Assembly (NCBI GenBank): GCA_963623095.1
Contig: CAVFKD010000001.1
Location: 19,204 to 83,203, forward strand
Origin: a bacterium
Lineage (GTDB): Bacteria > Bacillota_I > Bacilli_A > RFN20 > CAG-449
Length of the DNA: 64,000 bases
Direction of reading: 5' to 3'
How positions within the stretch are numbered: position 1 is the first letter of the stretch; each line of letters begins with the position of its first letter. Under the pieces are notes generated by a model. That model had not been told where the DNA came from, made no database searches, and worked only from the letters and a program-made list of their open reading frames with translations. This document shows, in pieces, positions 27,912 through 38,702 of the stretch. A program made the position numbers and the translations under genes.

Positions 27912-29519
27912 TTATATAGTTGGGAAAGGATTGGATGGTAAAGTAGGAGTATAATTATTAATGTTAAATCCTACATCTTTTTTACTCTTTAAATCAAGAA
28001 CCATTAAATCTCTTCCACACATTGAATTATCAACTTTTACTTCAATCGTGTTTTTAAATCCATTTTTGAAATATGTTCCATAATAGACATAATCAATTGT
28101 GATCATATTGTAATATTTATCATCTTCAATCGAAGATATATTTTTATCTATATAATATGAACTACCTTGAGAAGAAATAAATGAACTAAGTTCAGATCCT
28201 TTTACTTTCACATAGCATAATGAATTATCAAATGGATAAACTTTATATAAATCTTCAATGGTTAAATTTCCAGCGTTTAATGTCGATCTAATTCCACCTG
28301 TATTAATCATAGATACATCCGCGGAAGCATAATAACGCATTATTTTTGCCATATAATTACCGATATCTACTTTAGAAGCATAAGATGAAGAAGTAACATA
28401 TACTTCAGAAATTTGATCTTTGATTTTCGCATATTCACTATCTAAAACAGTTTGTACTTTTTGATCTTTATCATTTTCTTTTACTTTGTCAGTAATATAA
28501 TATGATCCTTCAGTGACACTTGTAACTTTCTTAGATACTTTATCATATTGAAGTTTAATTTCTCCAAGCCCATTACAATTCGCAGAAGCTTGAACAACTG
28601 GAAGAGGATTACCTCCAGTTCTTTTAATTTCACCATATTGTTTTGTATGAGTATGGCCATTAATAACCGCATCAATTAAATAAGAACCATCGCTAGATTT
28701 TAATTTCGCGAATTCTTGATTGTAATTTAATTTATCTATTCCATCAGTATTTCCATCATGAATATTTAAAATAATTACTTCCGCGCCTAACTCTTTTACT
28801 TTTAAAGCATCTTCTTTTACTGTTTTAACAAATGAAGAATCATAATTACCATGGCAATCAATATAATATGATCCAAACTTATTCGCACAGATATCATTAG
28901 TTTGATCACCAATATATGATAATAAACCAATCTTAACATCATCTTTTGTTATAACCTTATAAGGAACAATATTATCGTTTAAATTAAATTCACCGATTCT
29001 TTGATTATCATTTGATGAATCTCTGACATTTCCATTAATTAAAGGAAAGTTAGCTTCTCCATTAGATTCATCTCCATCAAAATAATTTAATATCTTATCT
29101 AGTGTCCAATCGAATTCATGATTACCAATTCCCATCATATCAAAGCCAACTTCATTAAGCGCCTTAACCGCGGATAATCCGTATGATAAATTAGAAAATG
29201 CTGTACCTTGGAACATATCGCCATTCGCGATAGTTACAACTAAATTATCATTAACACTTCTTTGCTTATTAACATAATAAGAAAATGAAGCTAAATTATA
29301 ATTTTTATTGTATGCTGATTGATATTCATAACCATGAGTATCATTTAAAGAAATAATATCAATATTTACAAGTTCTTTTTGCTGTGAAGAAGAAGTAGTT
29401 TCATTTGTAGAAGAACTATTAAAGCTAGATGAAGTTTCTTCATCCGAAGAAGAAATTACTGCGCATGAAGAAGTAATAAGCGTTAATAATAAAGTTCCTA
29501 TTAATATTCGTTTTTTCAT
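27912..29519 (-). CDS. Lipoprotein, bifunctional metallophosphatase/5'-nucleotidase family
   Basis: Lipobox LITSSC. Ser/Thr-rich linker. Metallophosphoesterase motifs DTHG and GNHEFD, then a 5'-nucleotidase C-terminal-like domain. Confidence 0.75.
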   Translation of the reverse strand: MKKRILIGTLLLTLITSSCAVISSSDEETSSSFNSSSTNETTSSSQQKELVNIDIISLNDTHGYEYQSAYNKNYNLASFSYYVNKQRSVNDNLVVTIANGDMFQGTAFSNLSYGLSAVKALNEVGFDMMGIGNHEFDWTLDKILNYFDGDESNGEANFPLINGNVRDSSNDNQRIGEFNLNDNIVPYKVITKDDVKIGLLSYIGDQTNDICANKFGSYYIDCHGNYDSSFVKTVKEDALKVKELGAEVIILNIHDGNTDGIDKLNYNQEFAKLKSSDGSYLIDAVINGHTHTKQYGEIKRTGGNPLPVVQASANCNGLGEIKLQYDKVSKKVTSVTEGSYYITDKVKENDKDQKVQTVLDSEYAKIKDQISEVYVTSSSYASKVDIGNYMAKIMRYYASADVSMINTGGIRSTLNAGNLTIEDLYKVYPFDNSLCYVKVKGSELSSFISSQGSSYYIDKNISSIEDDKYYNMITIDYVYYGTYFKNGFKNTIEVKVDNSMCGRDLMVLDLKSKKDVGFNINNYTPTLPSNPFPTI

Positions 29520-29534
29520 AAAAATCCCTTTCTT

Positions 29535-29563
29535 TTGAAAAAGGTCGATATTTCTATCGACCT
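29535..29563 (-). terminator. Intrinsic terminator after DJ-1 gene (AGGTCGATA-tttct-ATCGACCT)
   Basis: 9-bp stem (the first and last 8 bp are an exact inverted repeat) preceded by an A-run on plus (U-tract on minus). Confidence 0.65.
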
Positions 29564-29567
29564 AAAA

Positions 29568-30119
29568 TTATTCACCTTGACAAGATAATCTTAATTTGTT
29601 TGCTTCTTCTTCACCATGGAAATAAGAATATATCGCGATACCAAATTCAAATGAATAAGCCATCGATTTTGCGCTTATAAAATTACCATCAACTACAACA
29701 CCATTATTTCTTAAATAAGTGCCTTTGATAATTTTATCTTCAAATCCTGGATGAACAACATAATTTCTATTTTGGAAATAACCCATTCTTCCAACTAGCA
29801 TTGGCGCGGCGCATATAGAAGCGACTAATTTATTATTAGAAGCAAAATATTTAATGATGTCATTAACATAATCAATAAATGCCATAATCTTAAATGAGCC
29901 TGGTCCTCCAGGAATAATAAGGCCATCAAAAGAAGAAAAGTCTTTAATATCTTCGATTAAATTTTCGACTATTAGATGATTGCCACATTTAGTGACAATC
30001 TCTTTTCTTCCCATTAAACTTGCCTTAATAACTTCTTCTTTACCTCTTAATAAAACATCTAATGGAGTCAATGCTTCAACATCTTCTACTCCATCGACTA
30101 ATAACATTAAATACTTCAT
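29568..30119 (-). CDS. DJ-1/PfpI family protein (ThiJ/YajL-like)
   Basis: Nucleophile-elbow Cys in AICAAP context. Length 183 aa. Confidence 0.8.
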   Translation of the reverse strand: MKYLMLLVDGVEDVEALTPLDVLLRGKEEVIKASLMGRKEIVTKCGNHLIVENLIEDIKDFSSFDGLIIPGGPGSFKIMAFIDYVNDIIKYFASNNKLVASICAAPMLVGRMGYFQNRNYVVHPGFEDKIIKGTYLRNNGVVVDGNFISAKSMAYSFEFGIAIYSYFHGEEEANKLRLSCQGE

Positions 30120-30120
30120 A

Positions 30121-31551
30121 TTATTTGCTCTTTAAGATTTCTAATACTAATTTAGAAGTAATTTGAGGGTTTACTTTACCTTTAGTTTTCTTCATTACTT
30201 GTCCAACTAAGAAGCCAACTGCACGGTCTTTACCATTCTTAAAATCAACAACTGATTGAGGGAATTCATTAATTGTTTCTTCAACAATTGCTTTAATCGC
30301 ACCTTCATCAGAATTTTGTTTTAAGCCTAATTCATCCGCGATAGCTTCTGCGTTTTTATTATCAATAACCATCTTTTCAAAGACGTTTCTTGCTTGATTG
30401 AATGATAAGCTACCCTTATCTAACATAGTAATTAATGATAATAAATTATCTGGAGTAACTTTTAAATCTTTAATAGTTAAAGAATTCTTATTTAAATAAG
30501 CTAAAATGTCACCATTTAACCAGTTCCAGAATGCTTTTGCTTTTGAAGGTTCTATTTTAACGCACTTATCAAAATATTCACTAGAATCTTTATCTTGTAA
30601 CATTTGATTTGCTTCATCTTCACTTAAGCCTAAAGAAACATATCTTACAAATTTTTCACTCGCTAATTCGTTGCTTGTTTTAATCGCGTTATCAACGAAT
30701 TCATCGCTTAATTTAATTGGAACAATATTTGGTTCTGTGAAATATTTATAATCAACTGCATCAGTCTTTTTTCTCATTAAGACAGTTTCTTTTTTCATTT
30801 CATCAAAACGTCTTGTTTCTTGTTCTACTGGAATACCGCTTAAAAGTAATTTAGTTTGTCTTTTTACTTCAAAATCAATCGCTCTTTGAACATTCGCAGT
30901 TGAATTTAAGTTCTTAACTTCAACTTTTGTTCCGAATTTATCACTGCCATAAGGTCTAATAGATACGTTAACATCGCATCTTAAAGAACCTTCTTCCATC
31001 TTACCATCAGAAACATCTAAGTAAGTAACAATGGACTTAATCATTTCAACATATTTCATCGCTTCTTCACCACTTCTAATATTAGGGCGAGAAACAATTT
31101 CAACTAATGGAGTACCTGCACGGTTATAATCAAGTAATGTATAATCCGCCATATGGTGTTGCATACATGTATCTTCTTCCATATGTAAACGTTCGATTTC
31201 AATACGTTTAGTTCTACCATCGCTTAATTTAATATCTAAATAACCATTAGATCCGATAGGACGAGCTTGTTGAGTAATTTGATATCCCTTAGGAAGGTCG
31301 CTATAGAAATAGTTTTTTCTATCAAACCATAATTCATGATCAATGCTCATATTTAAAGCATGAGAAACTCTAATCGCATTAATAACCGCTTGTTTATTAA
31401 CAATAGGCATAGTTCCAGGGAAAGCGATATCTAATGGACGAACACATGAGTTAGGTTCTTCACCAAAGGAAATTTTACCAGTTGAAAACATTTTTGATTT
31501 GGTCTTCATTTCAACGTGGATTTCAATACCAATAACTGCTTCGAAATTCAT
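30121..31551 (-). CDS. gatB: Asp/Glu-tRNA(Asn/Gln) amidotransferase subunit B
   Basis: MNFEAVIGIEIHVE... N-terminus. 476 aa. gatC-A-B order. Confidence 0.95.
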   Translation of the reverse strand: MNFEAVIGIEIHVEMKTKSKMFSTGKISFGEEPNSCVRPLDIAFPGTMPIVNKQAVINAIRVSHALNMSIDHELWFDRKNYFYSDLPKGYQITQQARPIGSNGYLDIKLSDGRTKRIEIERLHMEEDTCMQHHMADYTLLDYNRAGTPLVEIVSRPNIRSGEEAMKYVEMIKSIVTYLDVSDGKMEEGSLRCDVNVSIRPYGSDKFGTKVEVKNLNSTANVQRAIDFEVKRQTKLLLSGIPVEQETRRFDEMKKETVLMRKKTDAVDYKYFTEPNIVPIKLSDEFVDNAIKTSNELASEKFVRYVSLGLSEDEANQMLQDKDSSEYFDKCVKIEPSKAKAFWNWLNGDILAYLNKNSLTIKDLKVTPDNLLSLITMLDKGSLSFNQARNVFEKMVIDNKNAEAIADELGLKQNSDEGAIKAIVEETINEFPQSVVDFKNGKDRAVGFLVGQVMKKTKGKVNPQITSKLVLEILKSK

Positions 31552-33026
31552 TAGTCAATCACCTTCTTTGCATATATATTTTTTAAGCCTAATTTGCTTT
31601 CTAACGCACTTGCGATACTAAAGCAAGTAACTTCATCAAATGCTTTAGTCATAATATTGCATCCATAAGGGAATTTATTATCAAGTCCCATTGGAATACT
31701 AATAGAAGGAAGTCCTCCAAAATTACCTAAAGCTAAATGGTTTTCAATAATCATAGTATGAGGATCTAATCTACTTGCAACATCATCATTAGAGATATAT
31801 GGGTTTCTAATAATGCCACCACATGGAGTAATAATTGCATCGTAATTTTGATATATTTCATTTAATTTATTAACGATTAAATGTCTAATCTTTTGAGCTC
31901 TTATAAAGAGTTCTTCTTGGTTATCTTTGAATAATGAATAAGAACCAATGACGAATCTTCTTCTAATAAGTTCGCAGAATCCTTCAGTTCTTGCTTTCAT
32001 CATAACTTCTTGATATGTTTGTTCTCCTCCAATACGAGGTCCAAATTTAATACCATCGAGGTTCGCGTTATTAGAAGTAGCTTCTGCGCAAGAAATAATC
32101 ATATAGCAAGGATAAATAGCTTCAAGTAACTTTGCATCAAAACTGATTTCATCAACACTTGCACCTGCATCTATTAAAATATTTTTAACTTTATCCATAC
32201 CTTCTTTAATAGGTGCATCTTTGATTGATTCATTAATTTCTTTAATATACGCAATCTTTTTACCCTTCATATCTTCATTAATCATTGAAGCATAATGTAA
32301 AACTTCTTTAGGTGAAGAAGTTGCATCGTGTTCAATATCATAACCTGCAAGAACTTCTAAAGCTAAAGCTGAATCTTTAACTGAACGAGTAAAATAAGCA
32401 ACGTGGTCTAAAGAAGGAGCGAATGGGAATAAACCAAAACGTGAGATTCTTCCCCATGTTGGTTTCATACCAACTAATCCTGCATAAGAAGCAGGTTTTC
32501 TAACTGAGTCACCAGTATCAGAACCTAAAGCAAAAGGAATTATACCTTGTGCGACTAAAGAAGCACTACCGCAGCTAGAACCACCAATTTTATAAGTATG
32601 AGTTGGATCATATGGGTTATAAGTAATTCCTTTATGACCTGTAGTACCAGTTCCACCCATCGCTAATTCATCGAGAGTTGATTTACCAATTAAAACAGCT
32701 TTTGCATCTTTTAATTTTCTAATAACTGTCGCATCAAATACAGGAACATAATCTTTTAAGATTTCACTAGAACCTGTAGTTAAAATATCTTTTGTAGAAA
32801 AATTATCTTTTGCGATATAAGGAATACCCCAAAACATATTATCTACTTCTGGTTCTTTTAACAAAGAGGCAAATTCTAAAGCTTCTTTTTCACAAATAGT
32901 TTCTAAAGCATTAGTATCTTCTTTCTTTAACGCTTCAATAGCTTCAGAAGTTAATTCTAAAGGAGTAACTTCTTTTTTGACTAATAAGTCATGTAATTCT
33001 TCAATTGTTTTACCTAAATACTTCAT
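31551..33026 (-). CDS. gatA: Asp/Glu-tRNA(Asn/Gln) amidotransferase subunit A (amidase)
   Basis: Amidase signature GGSSCGSAS, with the catalytic Lys in DNFSTKDILTTGSS. Confidence 0.95.
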   Translation of the reverse strand: MKYLGKTIEELHDLLVKKEVTPLELTSEAIEALKKEDTNALETICEKEALEFASLLKEPEVDNMFWGIPYIAKDNFSTKDILTTGSSEILKDYVPVFDATVIRKLKDAKAVLIGKSTLDELAMGGTGTTGHKGITYNPYDPTHTYKIGGSSCGSASLVAQGIIPFALGSDTGDSVRKPASYAGLVGMKPTWGRISRFGLFPFAPSLDHVAYFTRSVKDSALALEVLAGYDIEHDATSSPKEVLHYASMINEDMKGKKIAYIKEINESIKDAPIKEGMDKVKNILIDAGASVDEISFDAKLLEAIYPCYMIISCAEATSNNANLDGIKFGPRIGGEQTYQEVMMKARTEGFCELIRRRFVIGSYSLFKDNQEELFIRAQKIRHLIVNKLNEIYQNYDAIITPCGGIIRNPYISNDDVASRLDPHTMIIENHLALGNFGGLPSISIPMGLDNKFPYGCNIMTKAFDEVTCFSIASALESKLGLKNIYAKKVID

Positions 33027-33027
33027 A

Positions 33028-33324
33028 TTAGCCTACCACCTTTGGAAGTTTAATTTGTCCTTCCACAACATCTTTTGCGTTTCTTAATACTTCTTTTTTA
33101 TCTAAACCTTCTTCTGGAATATCTTCTCTTAAATAAGAAGTTGTTACATCAAATGGGAAAGTCATTGGACTTACGTTTTCAAGTCCATCGATTTCACCAA
33201 GAACTTCCATTTGTTTAGTAATGACATCGAATTCTTTTAAAAGTAATTCATATTGTTCATTAGACATATCAAACATTAAGTTATTCGCACAATTTTTTAA
33301 TAATTCAATATCGTATTTAACCAT
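33028..33324 (-). CDS. gatC: Asp/Glu-tRNA(Asn/Gln) amidotransferase subunit C
   Basis: 98 aa immediately upstream of gatA. Confidence 0.8.
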   Translation of the reverse strand: MVKYDIELLKNCANNLMFDMSNEQYELLLKEFDVITKQMEVLGEIDGLENVSPMTFPFDVTTSYLREDIPEEGLDKKEVLRNAKDVVEGQIKLPKVVG

Positions 33325-33333
33325 ACTTACCTC

Positions 33334-35562
33334 CTATAACTTTTTTATTAATGGATGACTACCAATAAGAGTTTTTGTTCCTATTTCGTCAGTTTCAAAT
33401 TTAACTCTAATAAGTTTTGCGATTACTTCAACTACTTCACCTTTACCGAATGTTGCATGTTCAACTTTATCTCCAATATTCCAAGATGTAACACCATTTG
33501 TTCCACTTATAACTGGAGTGGTTTTACTTGGAGTGGATGCAGGTTTTAAGCCTTGAGGCTTATATTTAGCCTGATAGGAATATCCATTAGATGAACTTCC
33601 TAATTGTCTTCCAATATTTTCTTTATAAATACCTGCTTCTTTAACAAATCTACTTGGCGACATTGTTGATTGCACGCTATAAGAATAATCTTGATTGCTT
33701 GAAACCATCAGTTGTTTCTTCGCTCTAGTAAAAGCAACATAAGCAAGTCTTCTTTCTTCCTCAATACCTAATTTAGATTCAGCAATTGAACGCATTGATG
33801 GGAATATACCTTCTGCCATGTTGATGACAAAGACATAATCAAATTCTAGACCTTTCGCAGTATGAACGCTCATCAATGAAACATAATCACCTTCTTCAAT
33901 ATCATCTTGAGAAGCTTGTAAAATTGCGTTATTAACAAAATCTTCAAAAGTTGAATTAGGTTCAGTATCTAAGAAAATATCCGCTTGATTTAATAATTGC
34001 TTAATATTATCAATTCGATCTTCTTCATCATCTTTATAAGTTTCTTTAATGTAATCAAAATATCCAATATTAGTTAAGAAATCTTCTAATACAGTATATA
34101 GATGTCTATTTCCTGAATTAACTTCAACAGATAATTTATCTAATTCGGATAATAAAGTTACCATACTCGCTTTTGATTTAGTTTTTAATGAACATTCATT
34201 AATGTTTTCTTTAACATATAAGAATAATGTTTGTCCTGCATTAATAGCTTCTTTAGTAAGATTTTCTAATGCAGTAGGACCAATATTTCTTTTTGGAACA
34301 TTTATAACTCTGATAAATGCAGTGTCATCATAAGGATTAACAACTAATTTAAAATAAGAAACAATATCTTTAATTTCTGCACGTTGATAGAATTTTAATC
34401 CACCGAATATTTTATATGGAATTCGATAATTCGCTAAAACCGGTTCAACAATTCCTGAACTTGCATTATTACGATATAAGATCGCAATATTTTTATACGC
34501 TATATTGTTTTTATGTAGTTCAATAATTTTTTCAACAACACTTGTTCCTTCATCTTTGGAAGATCTTGCATTAAAGAAACTAACCTTTTCTCCATTATCA
34601 CCATTAGTGAATAAATCTTTTTTAAGTCTTTCTTTATTTTTATCAATAAGTGCATTCGCTGCGTCCAAGATATTTTTAGTAGAACGATAATTTTGATTTA
34701 AATATATAGAATGCAATTTTGCGTTATTGTTAACACTTTTAATATAATCTTCTAGATCAAGAATTAATCGATGATTTGCCCCTCTCCAAGTATAAATAGT
34801 TTGGTCTGGATCACCTACTACATATAAAGAAGTTTCTTGTTTCATTAATAATTCAATTAATTTAAATTGAACATCATTGATATCTTGGAATTCATCAACA
34901 AGGATATGCTTTGTATAACGAGTATATCTTTCTCTAACACCATTATTTTCATCTTGTAAAACATCAATTGCTTTTAATAATAAATCATCAAAATCTAATG
35001 AATGTCTTTCATTTAATACTTCAGTATACTCTTTAAAGAATTCTTTGTATTGTTGAATTTCTCTATTTGGATAATTGATGTCTTTAATATCTTCATATTC
35101 TAGACCATGCATTTTCTTATCGGAAATCCAATTTAAACATTTTGTAATATTAGGATCATTCTTAGGTAAATTATATCTATCATGGAATATTTCTTTCATG
35201 ATGTTTTTAGTATCATCTTCATCAAGAATTGTAAAGTTCTTAGGAAAACCAATATGGTTTGCTTCATTTCTTAAGAATCTTGCACACCATGAATGAATTG
35301 TTCCAAGGAACATTCTATTAGCTTCTTGACTTCCAACAATATCAGTAACTCTTTGTTTAATTTCTTTCGCAGCTTTATTAGTGAATGTAACTGCCATTAT
35401 AGTTGAAGGGAAAACATTTTCATGAGCGATTAAATAAGCGATTCTACTAGTTAGAACGCTTGTTTTACCACTTCCTGCGCCGGCAATAATTCTAATATAT
35501 TGCTCTTTAGAAGTAGCGCCTTCATATTGTTGTTTGTTTAATCTTTCTAAATAGTATTCCAT
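33334..35562 (-). CDS. pcrA: ATP-dependent DNA helicase PcrA (UvrD/Rep superfamily 1)
   Basis: Walker A AGAGSGKTSVLT, motif VDEFQDIN. 742 aa. Confidence 0.9.
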   Translation of the reverse strand: MEYYLERLNKQQYEGATSKEQYIRIIAGAGSGKTSVLTSRIAYLIAHENVFPSTIMAVTFTNKAAKEIKQRVTDIVGSQEANRMFLGTIHSWCARFLRNEANHIGFPKNFTILDEDDTKNIMKEIFHDRYNLPKNDPNITKCLNWISDKKMHGLEYEDIKDINYPNREIQQYKEFFKEYTEVLNERHSLDFDDLLLKAIDVLQDENNGVRERYTRYTKHILVDEFQDINDVQFKLIELLMKQETSLYVVGDPDQTIYTWRGANHRLILDLEDYIKSVNNNAKLHSIYLNQNYRSTKNILDAANALIDKNKERLKKDLFTNGDNGEKVSFFNARSSKDEGTSVVEKIIELHKNNIAYKNIAILYRNNASSGIVEPVLANYRIPYKIFGGLKFYQRAEIKDIVSYFKLVVNPYDDTAFIRVINVPKRNIGPTALENLTKEAINAGQTLFLYVKENINECSLKTKSKASMVTLLSELDKLSVEVNSGNRHLYTVLEDFLTNIGYFDYIKETYKDDEEDRIDNIKQLLNQADIFLDTEPNSTFEDFVNNAILQASQDDIEEGDYVSLMSVHTAKGLEFDYVFVINMAEGIFPSMRSIAESKLGIEEERRLAYVAFTRAKKQLMVSSNQDYSYSVQSTMSPSRFVKEAGIYKENIGRQLGSSSNGYSYQAKYKPQGLKPASTPSKTTPVISGTNGVTSWNIGDKVEHATFGKGEVVEVIAKLIRVKFETDEIGTKTLIGSHPLIKKL

Positions 35563-35659
35563 AACGCCTCACAAGTATTATTAACTTTAAACATTATATA
35601 CTAAACCTATAATCTTTTTAATAATAAATTATTAAAATTACTGACATTTTATATTATTA

Positions 35660-35698
35660 AAAGAAAAGTTGTGAAACCCAATTTATGAGTTCCACAAC
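35660..35698 (-). terminator. Intrinsic terminator after GGDEF gene (GTTGTGGAAC...GTTTCACAAC + U-tract)
   Basis: 10-bp stem (one G-U) followed by TTTTCTTTT on minus. Confidence 0.65.
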
Positions 35699-35702
35699 AA
35701 TG

Positions 35703-36989
35703 TTAACGATATTTTTCTATATTATTTTCTTTATAATATCTTTCTTTATCTTCATACATTAAATCATCGCTTAGTTTAACAAGTTCATCAAAGCTTATAC
35801 CTTTATGATCTTTATATTCAACATAACCGACTGCGAGAGATAATCTAATATTATAATTATTGTTATCTTTTTCTATTTCTTTACGAAGATCTTTAAGAAT
35901 TTCTTCATTCTTTACAGTTGTATATAAAATCGCGACAAATTCATCTCCACCGGTTCTATAAACAGATCCATAATTGTGAAGTGTTCTAAATAAGCAATTC
36001 GCTGCACGTTTGATTAATAAATCGCCATCTTGATGTCCTTTAACATCATTAACTTGCTTTAATCCATTAATATCAATTGTATATACAGATATATCTCTTT
36101 GATATCTAATTCTTGCTTTATCTTCTTCATAGCAATAACGGTTATACAAGTTAGTTAAAGTATCTCTAGATGAAATAAGGGTTAATTTTTCAATTTCTCT
36201 TTTTTCTTTATCTATGTGTTGTAATACGAATAATACTTTAGTTAAACGATTATTAAAATTATATTCAAGTGGTAAGAAAATAAGTCTTACCCAACCAAAG
36301 TTATTACCGATTGCATCATAAGAAATATATTTATGATCTAACATTCTTTCTTCAATAGTATCAATATTGACAAATTCTAAAACTTTATCAATATATTGTG
36401 TTGTAAATAAATGTGGCATCATTAAAGCAAAGTCTTCATTTGCTTTATGAGTTTTATAAAACATTCTAATAAACTCATTATCTTTATAAGCAACATAAGA
36501 ATTGTGCTCAATATCAATAACGTGCATATTAATGTATAATTCAGAAATATGGGTAACAACACTTTCTGCGATTGGATTATTTTTAAATGCAAGTCTTTGA
36601 GGTACATTACAATCTTCTAAATAGATATAAGCTTCTAAATTATCTTTAGTATATCTAGGAGTTCTTACAATTCTAATTTTAAACCAGATTAGTTGTTGAT
36701 TAAAAACTCTTCTAAACCAGATATCATAATCACCAGTTTCATCTAACTTCTTAGTTAAAGTTTCATATTTAAAGTTTTCTTTAAATTGAGTTAAATCTTC
36801 CGCGAAAATTCTACCAAAGTTCAAATAAGCATAAAATAAGTCCTTTAATGTAGGAGCTTTTTCATAGACAGATGAATCATTATCAACATCTTTTATGACT
36901 TTATAAGAATTAGTCGTAAAATTAACTTCGTATAATTTAAAAATATGTTTAGAAAGTAATTCATTTATTTCTTTTTCCATAGCCATCAC
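35703..36989 (-). CDS. Diguanylate cyclase (GGDEF domain) with ~260-aa uncharacterised N-terminal cytoplasmic domain
   Basis: Intact GGDEF active site (RTGGDEFVAIL) and upstream LTNLYNR motif. No TM segments. No RxxD I-site. Confidence 0.85.
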   Translation of the reverse strand: MMAMEKEINELLSKHIFKLYEVNFTTNSYKVIKDVDNDSSVYEKAPTLKDLFYAYLNFGRIFAEDLTQFKENFKYETLTKKLDETGDYDIWFRRVFNQQLIWFKIRIVRTPRYTKDNLEAYIYLEDCNVPQRLAFKNNPIAESVVTHISELYINMHVIDIEHNSYVAYKDNEFIRMFYKTHKANEDFALMMPHLFTTQYIDKVLEFVNIDTIEERMLDHKYISYDAIGNNFGWVRLIFLPLEYNFNNRLTKVLFVLQHIDKEKREIEKLTLISSRDTLTNLYNRYCYEEDKARIRYQRDISVYTIDINGLKQVNDVKGHQDGDLLIKRAANCLFRTLHNYGSVYRTGGDEFVAILYTTVKNEEILKDLRKEIEKDNNNYNIRLSLAVGYVEYKDHKGISFDELVKLSDDLMYEDKERYYKENNIEKYR

Positions 36990-37120
36990 TCACCTTTAAT
37001 TTATTATATACCATTTTTATAATAAAAAGTGAAAAATTATAAATATTAAATTCTACGTGATTAATTTTTTTAGATTAAACAAGAAAAATGGTTTTGTAAC
37101 TTATTTATTTCCTAGTTTAA

Positions 37121-37153
37121 CGAAAAAGTGAACCCAACTAAAAGGTTCACTTT
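37121..37153 (-). terminator. Intrinsic terminator after PHP phosphatase gene (AAAGTGAACC...GGTTCACTTT)
   Basis: 10-bp perfect stem + U-tract on minus. Confidence 0.65.
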
Positions 37154-37158
37154 GCAAT

Positions 37159-37950
37159 TTATTTATCAATAATTATTTTATCTATTACTTCTAGACCTAA
37201 TTCCTTAACTAATTTATAGCCTGAATCATTATTAGGATTATCTAAATCAAAAGGTGCGTGCGCATCAAGTCCTAAAATAATCTTTGCCCCATACTTTTTC
37301 GCAAGTTTCCAGAATTCTTCATGAGGATAAGGATAACGATAATCATCACCTAATATTCTTTTTCCTCCACGGATAGAAGCAAAATTAAATTCAAGAGGTA
37401 TATCTAAATCAATACTTGCTTTAATAATTCTTTTAGAGCAAGAAATAGTTGTATGATCCCATTTTAAATAACTAGCCATAAAATAATCAGGATGACATAC
37501 ATATTTAAATAAGCCTGTTTCCATACCTTTAATTAAAGTATCTGTATATTTTTTAATATCTTCTTTAGTCGTTGCATGAGAGAAAAATGGTTTTAATGTA
37601 GGTCCATCTACTTCACAATGGTTACCTAAGATTAAATATTGAATTTTTCCTGATTCAAGCAAGTGTCGATAATAAGGGAAATAATATTCCATTGCTTCAG
37701 CTTCAAAGCCTAAATAAATTTTAATTCTATCTTTATATTTTTCTTTTAAAGCATTAATAGAATCACAATAATCATCTAATAATGAATAATCTCCTCTTAC
37801 ACCTGGTTGAATATGATCAGGAAGCATAATATGATCAGAAAAGCCTAGTTCTTGAAGCCCCATCGCAATTGCTTCAATTACATATTCTTCATCTTCACCA
37901 ATCGCATGTCCACATCTAGAAGTGTGAGTATGATAGTTATTTTTAATCAT
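37159..37950 (-). CDS. PHP-domain phosphoesterase, histidinol-phosphatase HisJ/YtvP family
   Basis: N-terminal HTHTxRCGHA motif typical of HisJ-family PHP proteins. 263 aa. Confidence 0.75.
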   Translation of the reverse strand: MIKNNYHTHTSRCGHAIGEDEEYVIEAIAMGLQELGFSDHIMLPDHIQPGVRGDYSLLDDYCDSINALKEKYKDRIKIYLGFEAEAMEYYFPYYRHLLESGKIQYLILGNHCEVDGPTLKPFFSHATTKEDIKKYTDTLIKGMETGLFKYVCHPDYFMASYLKWDHTTISCSKRIIKASIDLDIPLEFNFASIRGGKRILGDDYRYPYPHEEFWKLAKKYGAKIILGLDAHAPFDLDNPNNDSGYKLVKELGLEVIDKIIIDK

Positions 37951-38702
37951 TAATAATTCACCTCCACAAGATATAATCCTTCGCTTGGAGCTTTATATCT
38001 AACTCGATGGATAGTTTCTCCATCCAATAATTTTTTAATATCTTCTAAAGATATATTTTTAAGGCCTAATTCAATTAAAGTACCAATAATCATTCTTACC
38101 ATATATCTTCTAAATCCATTTCCATAGATATCAAAAGTAAATACACCATCTTCTTCTTTCAAACTAAAATCATATATTTCTCTTTCAAATGGTCCTTCAT
38201 CATTAGTGCAAAAATTAATAAAATTATGTTTACCTTTAAATAATTCTATTCCTTTTTTGATTAAATCTATATCTAATTTACGGCACAAATTAAAATATAA
38301 ATCCTTATGAATAGGATCTTTTATACCCGTATTAACAATGTAGCGATAATGCTTAGATTTTGCCGAAAATCTTGCATGAAAATCTTCATTGACTACTTCT
38401 AAAGATTTAAAACAAATATCATCAGGAAGAAGTCTATTAATCGCATAAAGCATTTTATAGACGTCTAAAGAATCTCTATTTAAGTCAAAATGAATTACTT
38501 GTCCTAAAGCATGAACTCCTTTGTCCGTCCTACCTGAACCTACAATTTCAATTGGTTCATTAAATAAAGAACTCAATATCTTTTCTAAGACATCTTCAAT
38601 AGTTAAAGTAGATTCATCTCTTTGGGTTTGAAAGCCAAAATATCTTGTTCCATTATAGGAAATAACTGCCTTAACTCTCATATTAAAATAGTCCTTGAAC
38701 AA
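37950..38702 (-). CDS. truA: tRNA pseudouridine(38-40) synthase
   Basis: Catalytic motif GSGRTDKGVHA. Downstream of ecfT as in many Firmicutes. Confidence 0.9.
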   Translation of the reverse strand: MFKDYFNMRVKAVISYNGTRYFGFQTQRDESTLTIEDVLEKILSSLFNEPIEIVGSGRTDKGVHALGQVIHFDLNRDSLDVYKMLYAINRLLPDDICFKSLEVVNEDFHARFSAKSKHYRYIVNTGIKDPIHKDLYFNLCRKLDIDLIKKGIELFKGKHNFINFCTNDEGPFEREIYDFSLKEEDGVFTFDIYGNGFRRYMVRMIIGTLIELGLKNISLEDIKKLLDGETIHRVRYKAPSEGLYLVEVNY

